Below, in pieces: positions 33,658-56,773 of a stretch of 64,000 nucleotides of DNA (positions within the stretch are counted from its first letter, which is position 1; each line of letters begins with the position of its first letter). The position numbers and the translations under genes were made by a program. Under the pieces are notes generated by a model. The model was not told the origin of the DNA. It saw only the letters and a program-made list of their open reading frames with translations, and did no database searches. Source of the DNA: the human T2T-CHM13v2.0 reference genome, Homo sapiens. The stretch lies in assembly GCF_009914755.1 (NCBI RefSeq), contig NC_060931.1. One strand, written 5' to 3'.

Positions 33658-34212
33658 GTAAGTACAGAAATATAAGTTATTCCTTTTACTCCTCTGTGAA
33701 AAAGCACAAGCATTTTGTAAGGCTGACAACAGAACTTGTGTGTACATTCTGTGATGTATGTCTAGCATTATATGTATATATATGTATATATATGTATTTT
33801 TTTAAGACTGGGTCTCACACTGTCACCAAGGCTAAGCTCTTTTGCTTTTTATGGCCTTACACATAATGCTTATTATTTGATATTTTTCTAAATAACATAT
33901 TTGTTTTTAAGAAGAAAGACAAAGTGCAGGATAAGGTACAATATGTAACATCTGTTGTGGTTAAAGGAGAGCAGCTAATAAACACTGTGACTGTTGAACA
34001 AATTATATAACATGATAAGAGTAAAAGGCAATAATATAACACTTTCTAGAAATTTTCCTACTGAGGACTAGAAAGAAAGCCCCACATAGCAGCATTATTA
34101 AAGTGGCTAATGCCTGTAATCCCAGCACTTTGGGAGGCCAAGGTTGGAGGATTGCTTGAGCCAGGAAGCTTGAGACCAGCCTGAACAACATAGTGAGACC
34201 CTGTCTCTATTA

Positions 34213-34347
<135 letters not shown>

Positions 34348-34642
34348 TTACTAAAAATATAAAAAATTAGCCAGGCATGGTGGCGGGCGCCGGTAATCCC
34401 AGCTACTCAGGAGGCTGAGGCAGGAGAATTGCTTGAACCCAGGAGGCGGAGGTTTCAGGAGCTGAGATTGAGCCACTGCACTCCAGCCTGGGTGACGGAG
34501 CAAGATTCTGTCTCAAAAAAAAAAAAAAAAAGGTTTTTTGAAGTTAGTTTTGTCACTTAATGTTTTTTCTACTGCTGTTTGCTATTTCTGTATTTTTTTT
34601 TTCACAGAAGAACTAACAAACCAAATCTAAATCTGTTTTCAG

Positions 34643-34674
34643 CCAGGAACCATGATTGAATGGGGCAATTACTG
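34643..34674 (+). CDS. NIPSNAP2: NIPSNAP2 exon 7 (32 nt)
   Basis: ttttcag| PGTMIEWGNY(W) |gtgagt. Confidence 0.95.
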
Positions 34675-35248
34675 GTGAGTATATTACTGAATGGTGATTT
34701 TTTAAGTCTTGTGAATAGATTAGTTTAGGCCATAGTGTTAATTCTAGGGAAAAAAATCTGAGGATAGTACTGTGACTTAACACTGCACTAATGTTTCGTT
34801 TGATGTTTTTATTATGAGATTTTTCAAACATACAAAACTAGAGAGAATAATGGGGCTCCCCTTCCACATCCATCTCTTAGCTTCAATAATTAACACATGG
34901 CCAATCTTGTTTAGGCCTAACTCCTTCAACCCAGATTGTTTGGAATTAAATCCCAGACAGCATTCTATTTCATTCATAAATATTTCAGTACTATATATAT
35001 TTCTAAAAGATAAGCACCTTTTTTTTAAAAGCAAAACCAATATTGCATAAGGTTAGTTTACATACTTCTTGGATATCATCTTTTCTGAAACGTTACTTTT
35101 GTCATATATACACACCATGTCAATAATGGTTTCTTCTTTTTTTCCTTGCTAGTTTGAGTAGAAAAATAACAATTTTTCCACAAGTTGATATGTAGATTCA
35201 GCAGAATCCCTATCAAACTCTCAGCAGGCTTTAGAAGTGCAAAAGACT

Positions 35249-38699
<3,451 letters not shown>

Positions 38700-39065
38700 T
38701 CATTCCTGGGTGTCTACCCAAAAGATACCATCCATATAAACACTTATATATATGTGTATAAGTGTTTCTTATACAAGAATCTTTCCTCCTTGGATCATCA
38801 AAGGCTAAATAATGCAAGTTAGAAAGCAAACATCCATGTAAACACTTAAGTGACCATAGCAGCATGTTTTATAATAGCCAACAAGTAGAAACAACCTAAA
38901 TGCCCATCAGCAGAGGGTGGGATTAGCCAGAGGGCCAGTTTACTAGCCCTGCTTTAAATGATAAAGCTGTCCACGTCCTCCCAGGAGCTACCTTAAATTC
39001 AAAACACAAGAAACACAAGAAGCATGCTGATTACAATTGTAACAAAATACCAGCTTTCACCATTA

Positions 39066-39308
<243 letters not shown>

Positions 39309-39971
39309 CTACTCTGGAGGCTGAGCAGGAAGATCACTTGAGCCCTTGCTGTTGAGGCTGCAGCAAGCCATGATCATGCCATTCCACTCCAGCCTGGGCA
39401 ACAGAGCAAGATCCTGTCCCAAAAAAGCCTCAATAATTAAGAGGGATGCAAGAATAAATTATTGACCATTGGTTAGCTGAAGTCAGTGCCTAGGACAGGA
39501 AATGGAAAGAAAAACACTAGTGACATTTAGGGTTCTGTGATGGTGAGATTGTTGGTGTTTTCTTTTTACCAGTCTCCATACTTACTTCATTATGGGATTT
39601 CTTTGGAAGCTAAAAATACTGCCTGGGCATGGTGGCTCACGCCTGTAATCCCAGCACTTTGGGAGGCTGAGGCAGACAGATCACTTGAGGTCAGGAGTTT
39701 GACACCAGCCTGGCCAACATGGTGAAACCCTGTCTACTAAAAATCCAAAAAAAAAAAAAAAAAATTAGCTGGGTGTGGTGGCGAGCACCTGTAGTCCCAG
39801 CTACTCAGGAGATGGAGGCTGCAGTGAGCCAAAATGGCACTACTGCACTCCAGCCTGGGCGACAGAGTGAGACTCCATCTCAGAATATATATATAATTTT
39901 GAAACATTGGGATAGTTTCCTAAAATAATCTGAAGCATACATCTATATCTAATTCAACAAAAGATTTATAG

Positions 39972-40148
<177 letters not shown>

Positions 40149-40520
40149 TGAGTAGCTGGGACTACAGGCACCAGCCATCACACCCGGCTAATTTTTTGTG
40201 TGTTTTTTAGTAGAGACGGGGTTTCACTGTGTTAGCCAGGATGGCCTCGATCTCCTGACCTCATGATCCGCCTGCCTCGGCCTCCCGAAGTGCTGGGATT
40301 ACAGGCATGAGCCACCGTGCCTAGCCTGTTTTTTGTTTTTAGGGGGAGATGTGTGTGTTTATTTCTTTGAAGTAATTATGTTAACTCTTACTTTTCTTTG
40401 GCAGCTTGCTATTTCTGTTTCCTAAGCTGGCATTTCATAACTATTTACCCACAAAGAGGGAGGCCACATGGTGCTGAGAAAAAGCTCTGGGTTTGAGTTA
40501 CTTGACAGCTCTCACCTTGA

Positions 40521-40799
<279 letters not shown>

Positions 40800-41547
40800 T
40801 GATCTCGAACTTCTGACTTCAAGTGATCTGCCTGCCTCAGCATCCCAAAGTGCTGGGATTACAGGTGTGAGCCACCGCGCTCGGCCCCAGTTTTTCTCTT
40901 TTTTCGGTTATGAAATTTCCTGCTGTGCATGAAATAATTTCTAAGATCCCTTCTGTCTCCAACAAATAGTTCTGTGATCTTTATTTCTAATGAACCTTTC
41001 CTCCTTAGATCATCAAAGGCTAAATAATGGAAGTTAGAATTTCTTTTCATTTGAAAACTAAGAAATACGTATTTGGTTGTATGCTACTATTATATACAAT
41101 TTTTGTTCTTTTGTTTTTGGACTATTGTTGTTAATCATGTAGCTACTCATGGAATAGGATTACTCACTAGTTCAATTTTTGCCCATTACTGATCAAGACT
41201 CGCTCGCCGTGGAATCCACAGGGACATACTGGGGTTATTCAGTTATTTAAAAAATTATTTGACCAGGCGCGGTGGCTCACACCTGTAATCCCAGCACATT
41301 GGAAGGCCAAGATGGGCAGATCACCTGAGGTCAGAAGTTCGAGACCAGCCTGACCAACATGGAGAAACCCTGTCTGTACTAAAAATAACAAAAATTAGCC
41401 AAGTGTGGTGGTGCATGCCTGTAATCCCAGCTACTCGGAAGGCTGAGGCAAGAGAATTACTTGAACCCATGAGGCAGAGGTTGTGGCAAGCCAAGATCGC
41501 ACCATTGTACTCCACCGTGGGCAACAAGAGTGAAACTCTGTCTCAAA

Positions 41548-41586
<39 letters not shown>

Positions 41587-42783
41587 AAAGCCAGTTTAGC
41601 ATTCAATTTATATTTTGGCACATAGGTAACTAAGATGGTGACCACCTCGTCTGTACAGGCTTCTGATTGTTACCAGGCTAAGGCAAGTATGTTTTCTTTG
41701 CCTACCATAACTAAATTACAAAAATTCAGAATGAAATGAATAATCTGGAATATTTATCACTATCAATGAAAGCCAGGTTTTTTTCTTCTGAATAGAGTTA
41801 GAATGCACATTGAAGTGATTTGCTTAATTTCAATAATCAGATTTATAATTTCTGTGAAGATATTGATCACTTAATTCTCAATGTAAAGATTAAAGATGTC
41901 ATCTTATTTGTGGATAATCCATGGGGGCAATAGCAAGAAGTCCCTTTTTCACCATAAAGGAACCCAAGCGCTTGGGTAAGGTTCCCATCATGGCACTGAG
42001 CCCATGGTGGATTAGAGCAGAGGTGTAGAGTGATTTTAAGGAGACTGGATTGCTTGAGCCCAGGAGTTCGAGACCAGCCCAAGCAACATAGCAAGGCCCC
42101 ATCTCAACAACAACAAAAACATAATAAAAAATAAAAAATTGGCTGTGCTTAGTGGTGCAAGCCTGTAGTTCCAGCTACTCAGGAGGCCGGGGCAGGAGGC
42201 TCCCTCGAGCCCAAGAGTTCCAGACTGCAGTCAGCTAAGATCATGCCACTGTACTCCGGCCTGGGTGACAGAGTGAGTCTCTGTCTTAAAAAAGGAGATT
42301 GGCTTAGTCACTCACAGGAAATCACTCTTGGATTTTTTTCCCCCTTTTGAGATGTTATCATTCAGTATATATGAAGTTTGCCTCCAGGAAGAGAATGCTC
42401 AGCCAAGCCAACTCAAGCATCTTGTGCCTTGAGAGTGACATCTTTCACTGTCATTGTTAGTAGGTTGCTATCCTTGTTTATATGCTGCCAGCTCTTTTGA
42501 ATGAATTAGAGTGAATCTGTCTTCCCAAGTCTTGTCACCTGTGGGACCCTGATATGACTGAGACTTCAGGCCAGAGCCTGGGCAGTGTGGTATGGATTTA
42601 CTGGGTAATGCATGGTGTGTCATCTCCTGATAGACCTTAACCATGTGTCTTCTGGTGACCTCCCTATGTCATTTGAAGCCCCTTCCTTTTCACCTTTGAT
42701 TCTAGAAGACTGCTTTTGAAAAAATGGGCACATTTTAAAACATTTTTAGGAATTCAGATGCATCACTAAATATTTTTTTTTTA

Positions 42784-43089
<306 letters not shown>

Positions 43090-43129
43090 CTAAAAAAAAA
43101 AAAGGGCTGTAGGCTGGCCTGGTGGCTCA

Positions 43130-43423
<294 letters not shown>

Positions 43424-44689
43424 CTACTCAGGAGGCTGAGACACGAGAATAACTTGAACCCAGGAGATGGAGATTGCAGTAAGCTGAGATCACGCCGCTG
43501 CACTCCAGCCTGGGAGACAGAGGAAGACTGTTTCAAAAAAAATTAAAGAGCTGATACCTTTTGCAGTGGGAAATTCTTAAAGTTTTAAGCCAAGTGCCTA
43601 TTTTTAACTGATCATAGTGTGATGTCCACAGAGGCACAATGTATATTAGTACTTTCTTCCATATTTGGTACATAATGAATGCCTTTGGTACTCATTTTCT
43701 GAATGGTTTGCTCTAGTAGGAAAGAAAAAAAAAAAAGCAAGAGGCAGCTTTGCCTGCACTACTGAGGCTGTACCACCAGAAAGCTTCATTCCCATGGTTC
43801 CTCTGTATGGCATCCAAGAAGTTGCAGAGTCCCTTGTGTAGTTCAGAGAGCAGGGGTGTTTCTCAGGATTTCAGAGTCATCAGCTGCTTTGAAGGTGTGC
43901 TTCCTTCACCTGTGTTTTAACGCCCTGCCCCAGGGGTTGTCCCTGTCTCCCTTGGGTACAGTGCCCTGTGGCACCTTGGGTGCTCTAGTTCCAGGTTTGC
44001 CTCGCTTCCCCTCTGAGGGTGTTCTGGAGAAGCAGTGCTTTTTAAATTGACGGGTCCCATCCTCTGCCAGTTCTAGACTTTATTTCAAGAATCACCAGTG
44101 CAACTATATATACATCTTCAGGTTGCTGTTTTTATTTTTAATAATTATTAAATACATTTTCTCAAAAAAATTAGTATAGCTACAGAAAAGTATGCTTACA
44201 TTTCATATACATTAAAATGACTTTTAGACCAGGTGTGATGGCTCACGCCTATAATCCCAGCACTTTGGGAGGCTGAGGCGGGCGGATTACTTGAGGTCAG
44301 GAGTTTGAGACAAGCCTGGCCAACATAGGGAAATCTTGTCTCTACTAAAAATACAAAAATTAGCCGAGCATGGTGGCGGGTGCCTGTAATCCCAGCTACT
44401 CAGGAGGTTGAGGCAGGAGGATGGCTCGAACCCAGGAGGTGGAGGTTGCAGTGAGCTGAGATTGTGTCACTGCACTCCAGCCTGGGTGACAGAATGAGAC
44501 TCCGTCTCAAATAATAATAAAGTAAATAAAATAACTTTTGATTTGCCTTAGATAACTTGATACCAGTTTGATAAACCATTAGTCTTCATTTTAAACAGCC
44601 TGCCCTGAGTATGGTGAAGGTTTAGTCTACCGATTCTCGTTAGCGTATCTAATTCAGTGTCTTAAACAAACATCATCTCATTCTTACAG

Positions 44690-44784
44690 GGCTCGTGCAA
44701 TCCGCTTCAGACAGGATGGTAACGAAGCCGTCGGAGGATTCTTCTCTCAGATTGGGCAGCTGTACATGGTGCACCATCTTTGGG
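44690..44784 (+). CDS. NIPSNAP2: NIPSNAP2 exon 8
   Basis: ttacag| [31 protein letters not shown] |gtatct; 95 nt. Confidence 0.95.
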
Positions 44785-47162
44785 GTATCTGTTTTTCCCT
44801 TTTCGAGTTACTGGGATTTAAGAGTTCATTACTAAGTTGTACTGGGAAGTAGAGCACATCTTGAGTCAGTAACCTTAACCACTACAGCAAATCCGACGTC
44901 ACAGAGGGACAGTCTGTACGGGGCTGTCTGGAACTAGCGAGGTCAACAGTGAAAGTCCATAGATTGATGGCATTAGTGAGCTGAAAGTGAGTAGGGATGA
45001 TGGGGAAAGGAATAAGGGGTAAAGCAAGCAGCCATGGAAGAAGGAGGCCAGGGAAGTCAAGAGTGCCTTCCACAGAGTGGTCCCAGCCTTTCTTTGTAGA
45101 CTGACTGCTTACTTCCTCGACAGAGGCAGGCCTGCATTTTACCCAGAGCAGCAGCTTCCTGCACATACTCACTGCCTGCCTTTGTAGACGTGGTTCCACT
45201 GTCTCATGACATTGACCCCCTCACCATTTCCATCCCCACACACTTTTGTTTGGCACCATCTTTGGTATTTTTCCAGGCCTGCCCCAGATGTCACCCTTCC
45301 CCACTAGTGAACATCATCACTCCTCCTGAGCCCCCAGAGCCTTGTGTGGTGCTGGTTATTACCGTTGCGGCTGTATATGGTGTGCAACCCTCCCAGGCAT
45401 GTGAATAAGCACAGGTGCTAGAAGGGCAGGATTGGATGGAGGAAGGTTCCATCCCTTTGGCTGTTGGGCAGAGGTCAAGCCAGGTGCATGCTCCATTCAC
45501 ATCAGCACCTGTAGCTGCCCGGAGAGGGCCTCCCAGATGCAGGATCCTGGAATGGCAAACAGGCAGGCACCAGAGTGTGAATGGCGGAGCTCTCATAGAG
45601 GCTGTGGGGAATGCAGGACAGACCTCTTGTCTCTGCCCTGTCGGGAGGACTCAAGGCTTCACAGAGCAACAGCAAGTTGAAGATGATTGCTTGAGGCCAG
45701 GAGTTTGAGGCTGCAGTGAGCTATGACTGTGCCACTGCACTCCAGTCTGGGCAAATAGAGCAAGACCCTGTCTCAAAAAAAAATGTAATTAACAAGATAT
45801 TGGCTGGGCACAGTGGTTCACGCCTATAATCCCAGCACTTTGGGAGGCCGAGGCAGGTGGATCATCTGAGGTCAGGAGTTAAGAGACCAGCCTGACCAAC
45901 ATGGTGAAACCTCATCTGTACTAAAAATACAGAAAATTAGGCATGGAGGCGCATGCCTGTAATCCCAGGTACACAAGATGCTGAGGCAGAAGAATCGATT
46001 GAACTCAAGAGGCGGAGGTTGCAGTGAGCCGAGATCGCACCACTGCATTCCAACTTGGGCAACAGAGCAAGACTCCGTCTCAAAAAAAAAAAAAAAAAGA
46101 AAAGAAACCAAGGCATCTGGATGAGATACCTGTGAATTGTACCATGACACAGGTGATCCCCCTCCACCTGAAGCGCCTTTCTTCCTATTCCTACGTCAGT
46201 GATGTCCTTTTCAACTTCAACACCCACCTGGTCAGCTTGCACCTTTCCCACAGCTCTCCCATTGCTTGCCCTGCTCCCCTATACACTGTGTCCTTGTATG
46301 GGCCACGGCACTCTCCACAACTGACCTCGCCTGCCTCATATCCTGGGGCTTCACCGCTGGAACACACTCCCTGCCCAGATCAGTGTAGTGCGAGATAAAT
46401 GTTGAGTAAAATTGATCTGACATTGCTCATCTGTGGTCTCACAGTTTCTGGTCATGAATTTAACATGTTATTGGAGAATTTCACTTGGTTTATAAAGGTA
46501 TATCTTAGATTCACTAGATTGTAAAGCTTAAGAGGGAATTGTGTCTGGATGTGGTGGCTCACGCCTCGATTCCCAGCAGTTTTGGAGGCTGAGTCGGGAG
46601 GATCACTTGAGTCCAGGTGTTTGAGACCAGCTCGGGCAACATAGTGAGACCCCATCTCAAACAAACAAACAAATAATTTTTTTAACTTAAGAATGGGCCA
46701 GGCGTGGTGGCTCACCCCTGTAATTCTAGCACTTTGGGAGACTGAGGCGTTTTGATGATTTGAGCCCAGGAGTTTGACATCTGACTGGGCACAAAAAAAT
46801 ACAAAAATTAGCCAATGTGGTAGCACATTCCTGTAGTCCCAGCTATTCAGCAGGCTGAGGTGGGAGGATCACTTGAGCCTAGGAGGTCAAGGCCGTGGTG
46901 AAACATCATCGTGCCATTGCGCTCCAGGCTGGTTGACAGAGTGACCTTGTCTCAGAAAAAAAAAAAAAAAAGACTGAAAGTTTGCTTTTCCCACGTGGCC
47001 TAATATAATTTTGCTCAGAATTTCCCCAGCCCAGTATATTACACACCTGAAGTAGTCCCTGAGAAAACTAGATGTCCAGGTGAAGCAAGACTTTAACGGA
47101 TGTATGGGTGGAATGCAGTGTATGTGTTTTAAGTCTTACTTCTCTGTGTGGTTATTTTTAAG

Positions 47163-47246
47163 CTTACAGGGATCTTCAGACCAGGGAAGACATACGGAAT
47201 GCAGCATGGCACAAACATGGCTGGGAGGAATTGGTATATTACACAG
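47163..47246 (+). CDS. NIPSNAP2: NIPSNAP2 exon 9
   Basis: tttaag| [28 protein letters not shown] |gtaatc; 84 nt. Confidence 0.95.
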
Positions 47247-48267
47247 GTAATCTCTTAACAGCCATGAAATATGCTTTTTGTCTTACTGTTTCAATCATGT
47301 TCTTTCACCCTGACACTAATAGGTGGGTTTTGTAATAGTATGTTGCTAGGATAGTGAGTTATCAGGTTGTGGGGGGAAGGGAGATAGTCAATTTTTCTCT
47401 AATACTTACATGACTTTTTTTCAATAAAGTAGAATATCCATGCTTTCAAATAGGTATATCATCTGTTACAGTTTTCAGACCCTTGGATGTTGTAAATTTT
47501 ACATCATTACCTGTTTTTGTAGATTTCTATATTCTCTGAAAACTTATTACACAAATAAAATTTTTTTCTAAGCTTTCCTTTTCCATCAGAATTGTTAGTA
47601 TCCCAAATCAGAACTTAATACATCAATTAAAGAGTGATTTTGAAATTAGATAAATTAAACTTCCTGTATGTACAGTATGTATCTGGGTACATAATACATG
47701 CATGTGCACATACATAAGTATATTATGAAACCCTGTTTGCTTGATTTTTAAAAGAAAACAGTTGGCTGAATGTAACCCAGTGGCATTGGTAGAGGTAATC
47801 AGTACCAGCCATGTTGCATGGCAAGTATATTTCAGGCCGGGCGCAGTGGCTCACGCCTGTAATCCCAGCACTTTGGGAGGCTGAGGTGGGCAGATCACCT
47901 GAGGTCGGGAGTTCGAGACCAGCCTGACGAACATGATGAAACCTGTCTCCATTTGAGAGACTGAGGCAGGAGAATCGCTTGAACCTGGGAGGTGGAGATT
48001 GTGCCACTGCACTCCAGCCTGGGTGACAGAGCAAGAATCCGTCTCAAAAAAAAAAAAGTGTATCTCAGCCCCTATACTACCAAGAAAATAAAAGAGTAAT
48101 TTGTCCTAGAAAGTAGGTGTTACCTTGTCTTTCAGTTCAAGAGATTATATAACATATAATTACATGTTATAATTATATAATTATATTTGATTTTGCTGCT
48201 TACGCGAACGTTTGAGAAATCACCATTTCTCCTCACAGTATGGACTTTTCCTACCTCCCACAAATAA

Positions 48268-48429
<162 letters not shown>

Positions 48430-48808
48430 TAGCTGGGATTACAGGCAGGCGCCACCACACCCAGCTAAGTTTTGTATTTTTACTAGAGACAGGGTTTCAC
48501 CCTGTTGGCCAGGATGGTCTCGATTTCCTGACCTCGTGATCCACCTGCCTCAGCCTCCCAAAGTGCTGGGATTACAGGTGATCTGCGCCCAGCTGATCTG
48601 TTGTAATTTTAATAGCATCTTGTAGGATGGCAGCTGATACAGGGTCCGCTTGTATATTTCTGCCCTTGAGGTTAGTCCTGTATATTATGATATTCTCTTG
48701 TTTTCAAGCAGCACATCTGTGAACATTCTCGGCAATCTGTCTGTTAGTGTCATTTACCATAATGTGTTTAGAAAGTAACAAGTGCAGTAACCCTGATCTT
48801 GTTTTCAG

Positions 48809-48873
48809 TTCCACTTATTCAGGAAATGGAATCCAGAATCATGATCCCACTGAAGACCTCGCCCCTCCAGTAA
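48809..48873 (+). CDS. NIPSNAP2: NIPSNAP2 exon 10 coding part
   Basis: ttttcag| VPLIQEMESRIMIPLKTSPLQ*; summed CDS 861 nt = 286 aa + stop. Confidence 0.96.
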
Positions 48874-49980
48874 AGCTGTAGAGTTTCTATGTGCCTACAT
48901 ACATTTCTGTGACAAGTATTTGTCGTAAATTAATTTTAATTGTGTATCAAGTGAAAAAGAAACACTGAGGTTTTAAGCTGCTGTATATAGCTTGTGAGAA
49001 ACCTCTTTTCTTTAAAATTTACATAATCACAAGAAAGGAAAGAATTACAGTTGGACTGATTGTGACAGTGCCTTGTCGTCCTCTTTGAAACACCCCGTGT
49101 TGTCCAGTATACCTTATAACACTTAGCCACTTCTCCCCACCCTCCAGAAGGGGTCCACGTTGAATTCTGAATCATCTTGAAAATAAGATTCCAACCACAA
49201 AAAAAATTTAGCCATTTCTTTACTAAAAAAACCCAAAAAACAAATCTGTTTTATAATCACAGATTTTTAGACAAATTTCTTGTATCAGGAAGAAATACAA
49301 ATTTTGTCATGTTTCTCAAGCAGTTTTTCTGAGTAGTTTCTGAGGAGGAACAAATTACAAGTGTACCCAATAACTGAAAATGTTTTAACTCACTCTCATT
49401 TGTAAGCAGTCCACATAGTAGACAATGGGTTTTCCAAGCTGGGCAAGGTACATTTAATCAGTAAATCAGTTTCACATCATGTATTGTGATGTTTCAATGT
49501 GAGACACAAAAACAATGGCTTGAAACTTGTGTATCATATGTGATTTTGAAATGAACACCTTGAATAGCACTAATTTTTATTTGTGGTATTTTTCTATAAC
49601 AAAACAAGTAGCTCTAGGAAAAGAGGTTTTATTTTGTAAACGATCATTTGTGACCTCAGACACTCTCTGGCTAATATTTTAATAAGCTCACAGCAGATAA
49701 TTCTGAGATCATGGGTGAGGGGTGGTGCATGTTGAGATTTAAATTGGCATAAAGCTGCATACTTTTTGTCTAGCTGTTTGATTTCATTTTTTAATATAGT
49801 ATGCCAATTTTGTGACTGTTACCATGTGAAAGTCCTGTTGAAATGAACAATTGTCTGCCCCACAATCAAGAATGTATGTGTAAAGTGTGAATAAATCTCA
49901 TATCAAATGTCAAACTTTTACATGTGAATGATTTTCTCAAAGAACATAGAAAAGTCAATAAAATCCTCTTAATTTCCACA
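48874..49980 (+). other. NIPSNAP2: NIPSNAP2 3' UTR (~1.1 kb, Alu-free, AT-rich)
   Basis: Unique sequence from the stop to tandem AATAAA signals. Confidence 0.75.
49890..49962 (+). terminator. NIPSNAP2: Tandem poly(A) signals AATAAA (49890, 49957) of NIPSNAP2
   Basis: Two canonical hexamers followed by a T/GT-rich downstream element at ~49988-50012. Confidence 0.75.
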
Positions 49981-50276
49981 TATCACGTTTGGATTTTCTT
50001 TTTTAATTTGTTCTGAGATTGACAAACATTGCTGTGAATGACCTTGTCACTCTTGCAAAATAGCTTGTCACAAAAGATTGAAGGAAGTGAGGAAGTCAGC
50101 TGGCTTCTGGGGAAAATCCCTCCATAGGAACAAATTACGAGGCCCTGGGCAAGGTCATGCCTGGTATGTGCTGAGGGCAGCAGAAGCCAGTGGCAGAAGC
50201 AGACATGAGGGAGAGTGTGGTGGGACACGAGCTCAGAGGTCACAGGGCTGGATCCCTTGAGTGTTGGAGGCCATTA

Positions 50277-50889
<613 letters not shown>

Positions 50890-51552
50890 TCACCAAGGGA
50901 GTGACTGTAGTCAGAGGAGAGGATCAAGATGAGGAGGAACCTGCAAAAGAGACTAAGAAACCACCAGGGAACTCAGCAGACACTCAAGCAAGTGAGGCGT
51001 CATGAGAGCCAAGTGAAAGTCCATCAGAGATCACCTCTGTCAAATGCTGTCAAGTGGCTGGGCCAGATGTGGTCCCCAAACTGTTCACAGTTGGGTGCAG
51101 TGGCTCACACCTGTAATCCCAGCACTCTGGGAGGCCGAGGCGGGCGGGTCACCTGAGGTCAGGAGTTCGAGAGCAGCCTGGCCAACATGGTGAAACCCCA
51201 TCTCTACAAATAATACAAAAATTAGCTTGGCATGGAGGCATACGCCTGTAATCCCAGCTATTGGGGAAGCTGAGGCAAGACAATCACTTGAACTTGGGAG
51301 GCGGAGGTTGCATTCCAGCCTTGGTGACAGAGCAAGACACCATCTAGGAAAAAAAAAAAAAATTCATGAATTTAGCAACATGATGGTCACTAAGTGACCT
51401 TTGATAAGGGCATTCTATTCTTGAGCTATTTTATGAAATTATCACTTTATTTTAGCAATTCCTGCTCAGTTTGACAAGTCATTTTACTGAATTTCTATAG
51501 CACAATGAATCATTATTTTGTCCCACTATTAATTTTCTTTTTTCTTTTTTGA

Positions 51553-51714
<162 letters not shown>

Positions 51715-52439
51715 TAGAGACAGGGTTTTGTCGTGTTGCCCAGGCTGGTCTCGAACTCCTGGGCTCAAGTTACCCACCTGGGCCTTCCGAAGTGCTGGGA
51801 TTACAGGTGTGAGCCACTGTCCTCAGCCACACTATTACTTTTCATTGGCAGTATTCAAAACTTCCAAACTCATTTTCAATTTATTGGTTATAAGTCTGAG
51901 GAATATTACTTATAAAAGCCAACTCATTTTTCGTTATCACACGTGAGGTTTTTAAGTCTGTTTCAAAAAGCAAGTGTGCCATATTATCAGCATCCCTACC
52001 ACCTTTTTTGTTCTTTGGAGACAGTGTCACTCTGTCGCCCAGGCTAGAGTGCAGTGGTGCGACCACAGCTCACTGTAACCCTAAACTCCTGGGCTCAAGC
52101 AATCCTACCACCTCAGTCTCCCAAAGAGCTAGGACTACAGGTGTGCCACTATGCCTGGCTTTTTAAAATTATTACTGTTATTTTGTAGAGATGGCATCTC
52201 ACCATATTGCCCAGGCTAGTCTCAAATTCCTCGGTTCAAGCAATCCTCCCACCTCAGCCTCCCAAAGCACTGAGACTGCAAGCGTGAGACACCGCACCCA
52301 GCCCTTACCACTTGTTAAAAGCCTTTTTAGAACCACTTTGCTCTCCTCCAAACTAGCCATTGATAGAACCGTCTTTTATTTTCACAACCGCCTGTGAAAG
52401 ACCCTTTTTGCAGTTCCCCATCATAATTTTGCTTTAGTT

Positions 52440-55642
<3,203 letters not shown>

Positions 55643-56052
55643 TGAAGTCTCACTCTGTTGCCCAGGCTGGAGTGAAGTGGCGTGATCTCAGCTCACCACA
55701 ACTTCCGCCTCCCAGGTTCAAGCGATTCTCCTGCCTCAGCCTCCGGAGTAGCTGGGACTGGAGGAGTGCACCACCACGTCTGGCTAATTTTTGTATTTTT
55801 AGTAGAAACGAGGTTTCACTATGTTGGCCAGGCTGGTCTCGCACTCCTGACTTCGTGATCTGCCCACCTCGGCCTCCCAAAGTGCTGGGGTTACAGGCAT
55901 GAGCCACCGCACCCTGCTCTATAAATGTATTTCTTATTAAATTTATACTTTCAGTTTATTTCTGGGGCATCATAGATGGTCAATAATAAGATGAATCAAC
56001 AAAAAGAAAGGAGGGAAGAAGTAAAAGGAGAGAGGGAGAGAGAAGAGAATGA

Positions 56053-56313
<261 letters not shown>

Positions 56314-56623
56314 TGAGCCTAACATAATGAGACCCCCATCTCTACAAAAAAATTTAAAAAATAGATGAAAACCACTTGAAGTTTTTGCAAAACAGGCCTT
56401 CCATCTCAGGGAGTAAAATTTCTCCATTGTATTCATATGTCAGCACTTGTGACCACAGTGTTAAGTATTCACTTGGGGTGGATAATCCTGGCCTGCTAAA
56501 TTGTTAACTCTCTAGGAATGCTTACAAGATAAAGAATGGTGTGGAAATCATTGCCTCGGGTTCCAGCTCTGAATGTAATCTCACAGCTGTCATGAACTCT
56601 GGTAGGGTATTTCCCAGCTGTTA

Positions 56624-56773
<150 letters not shown>

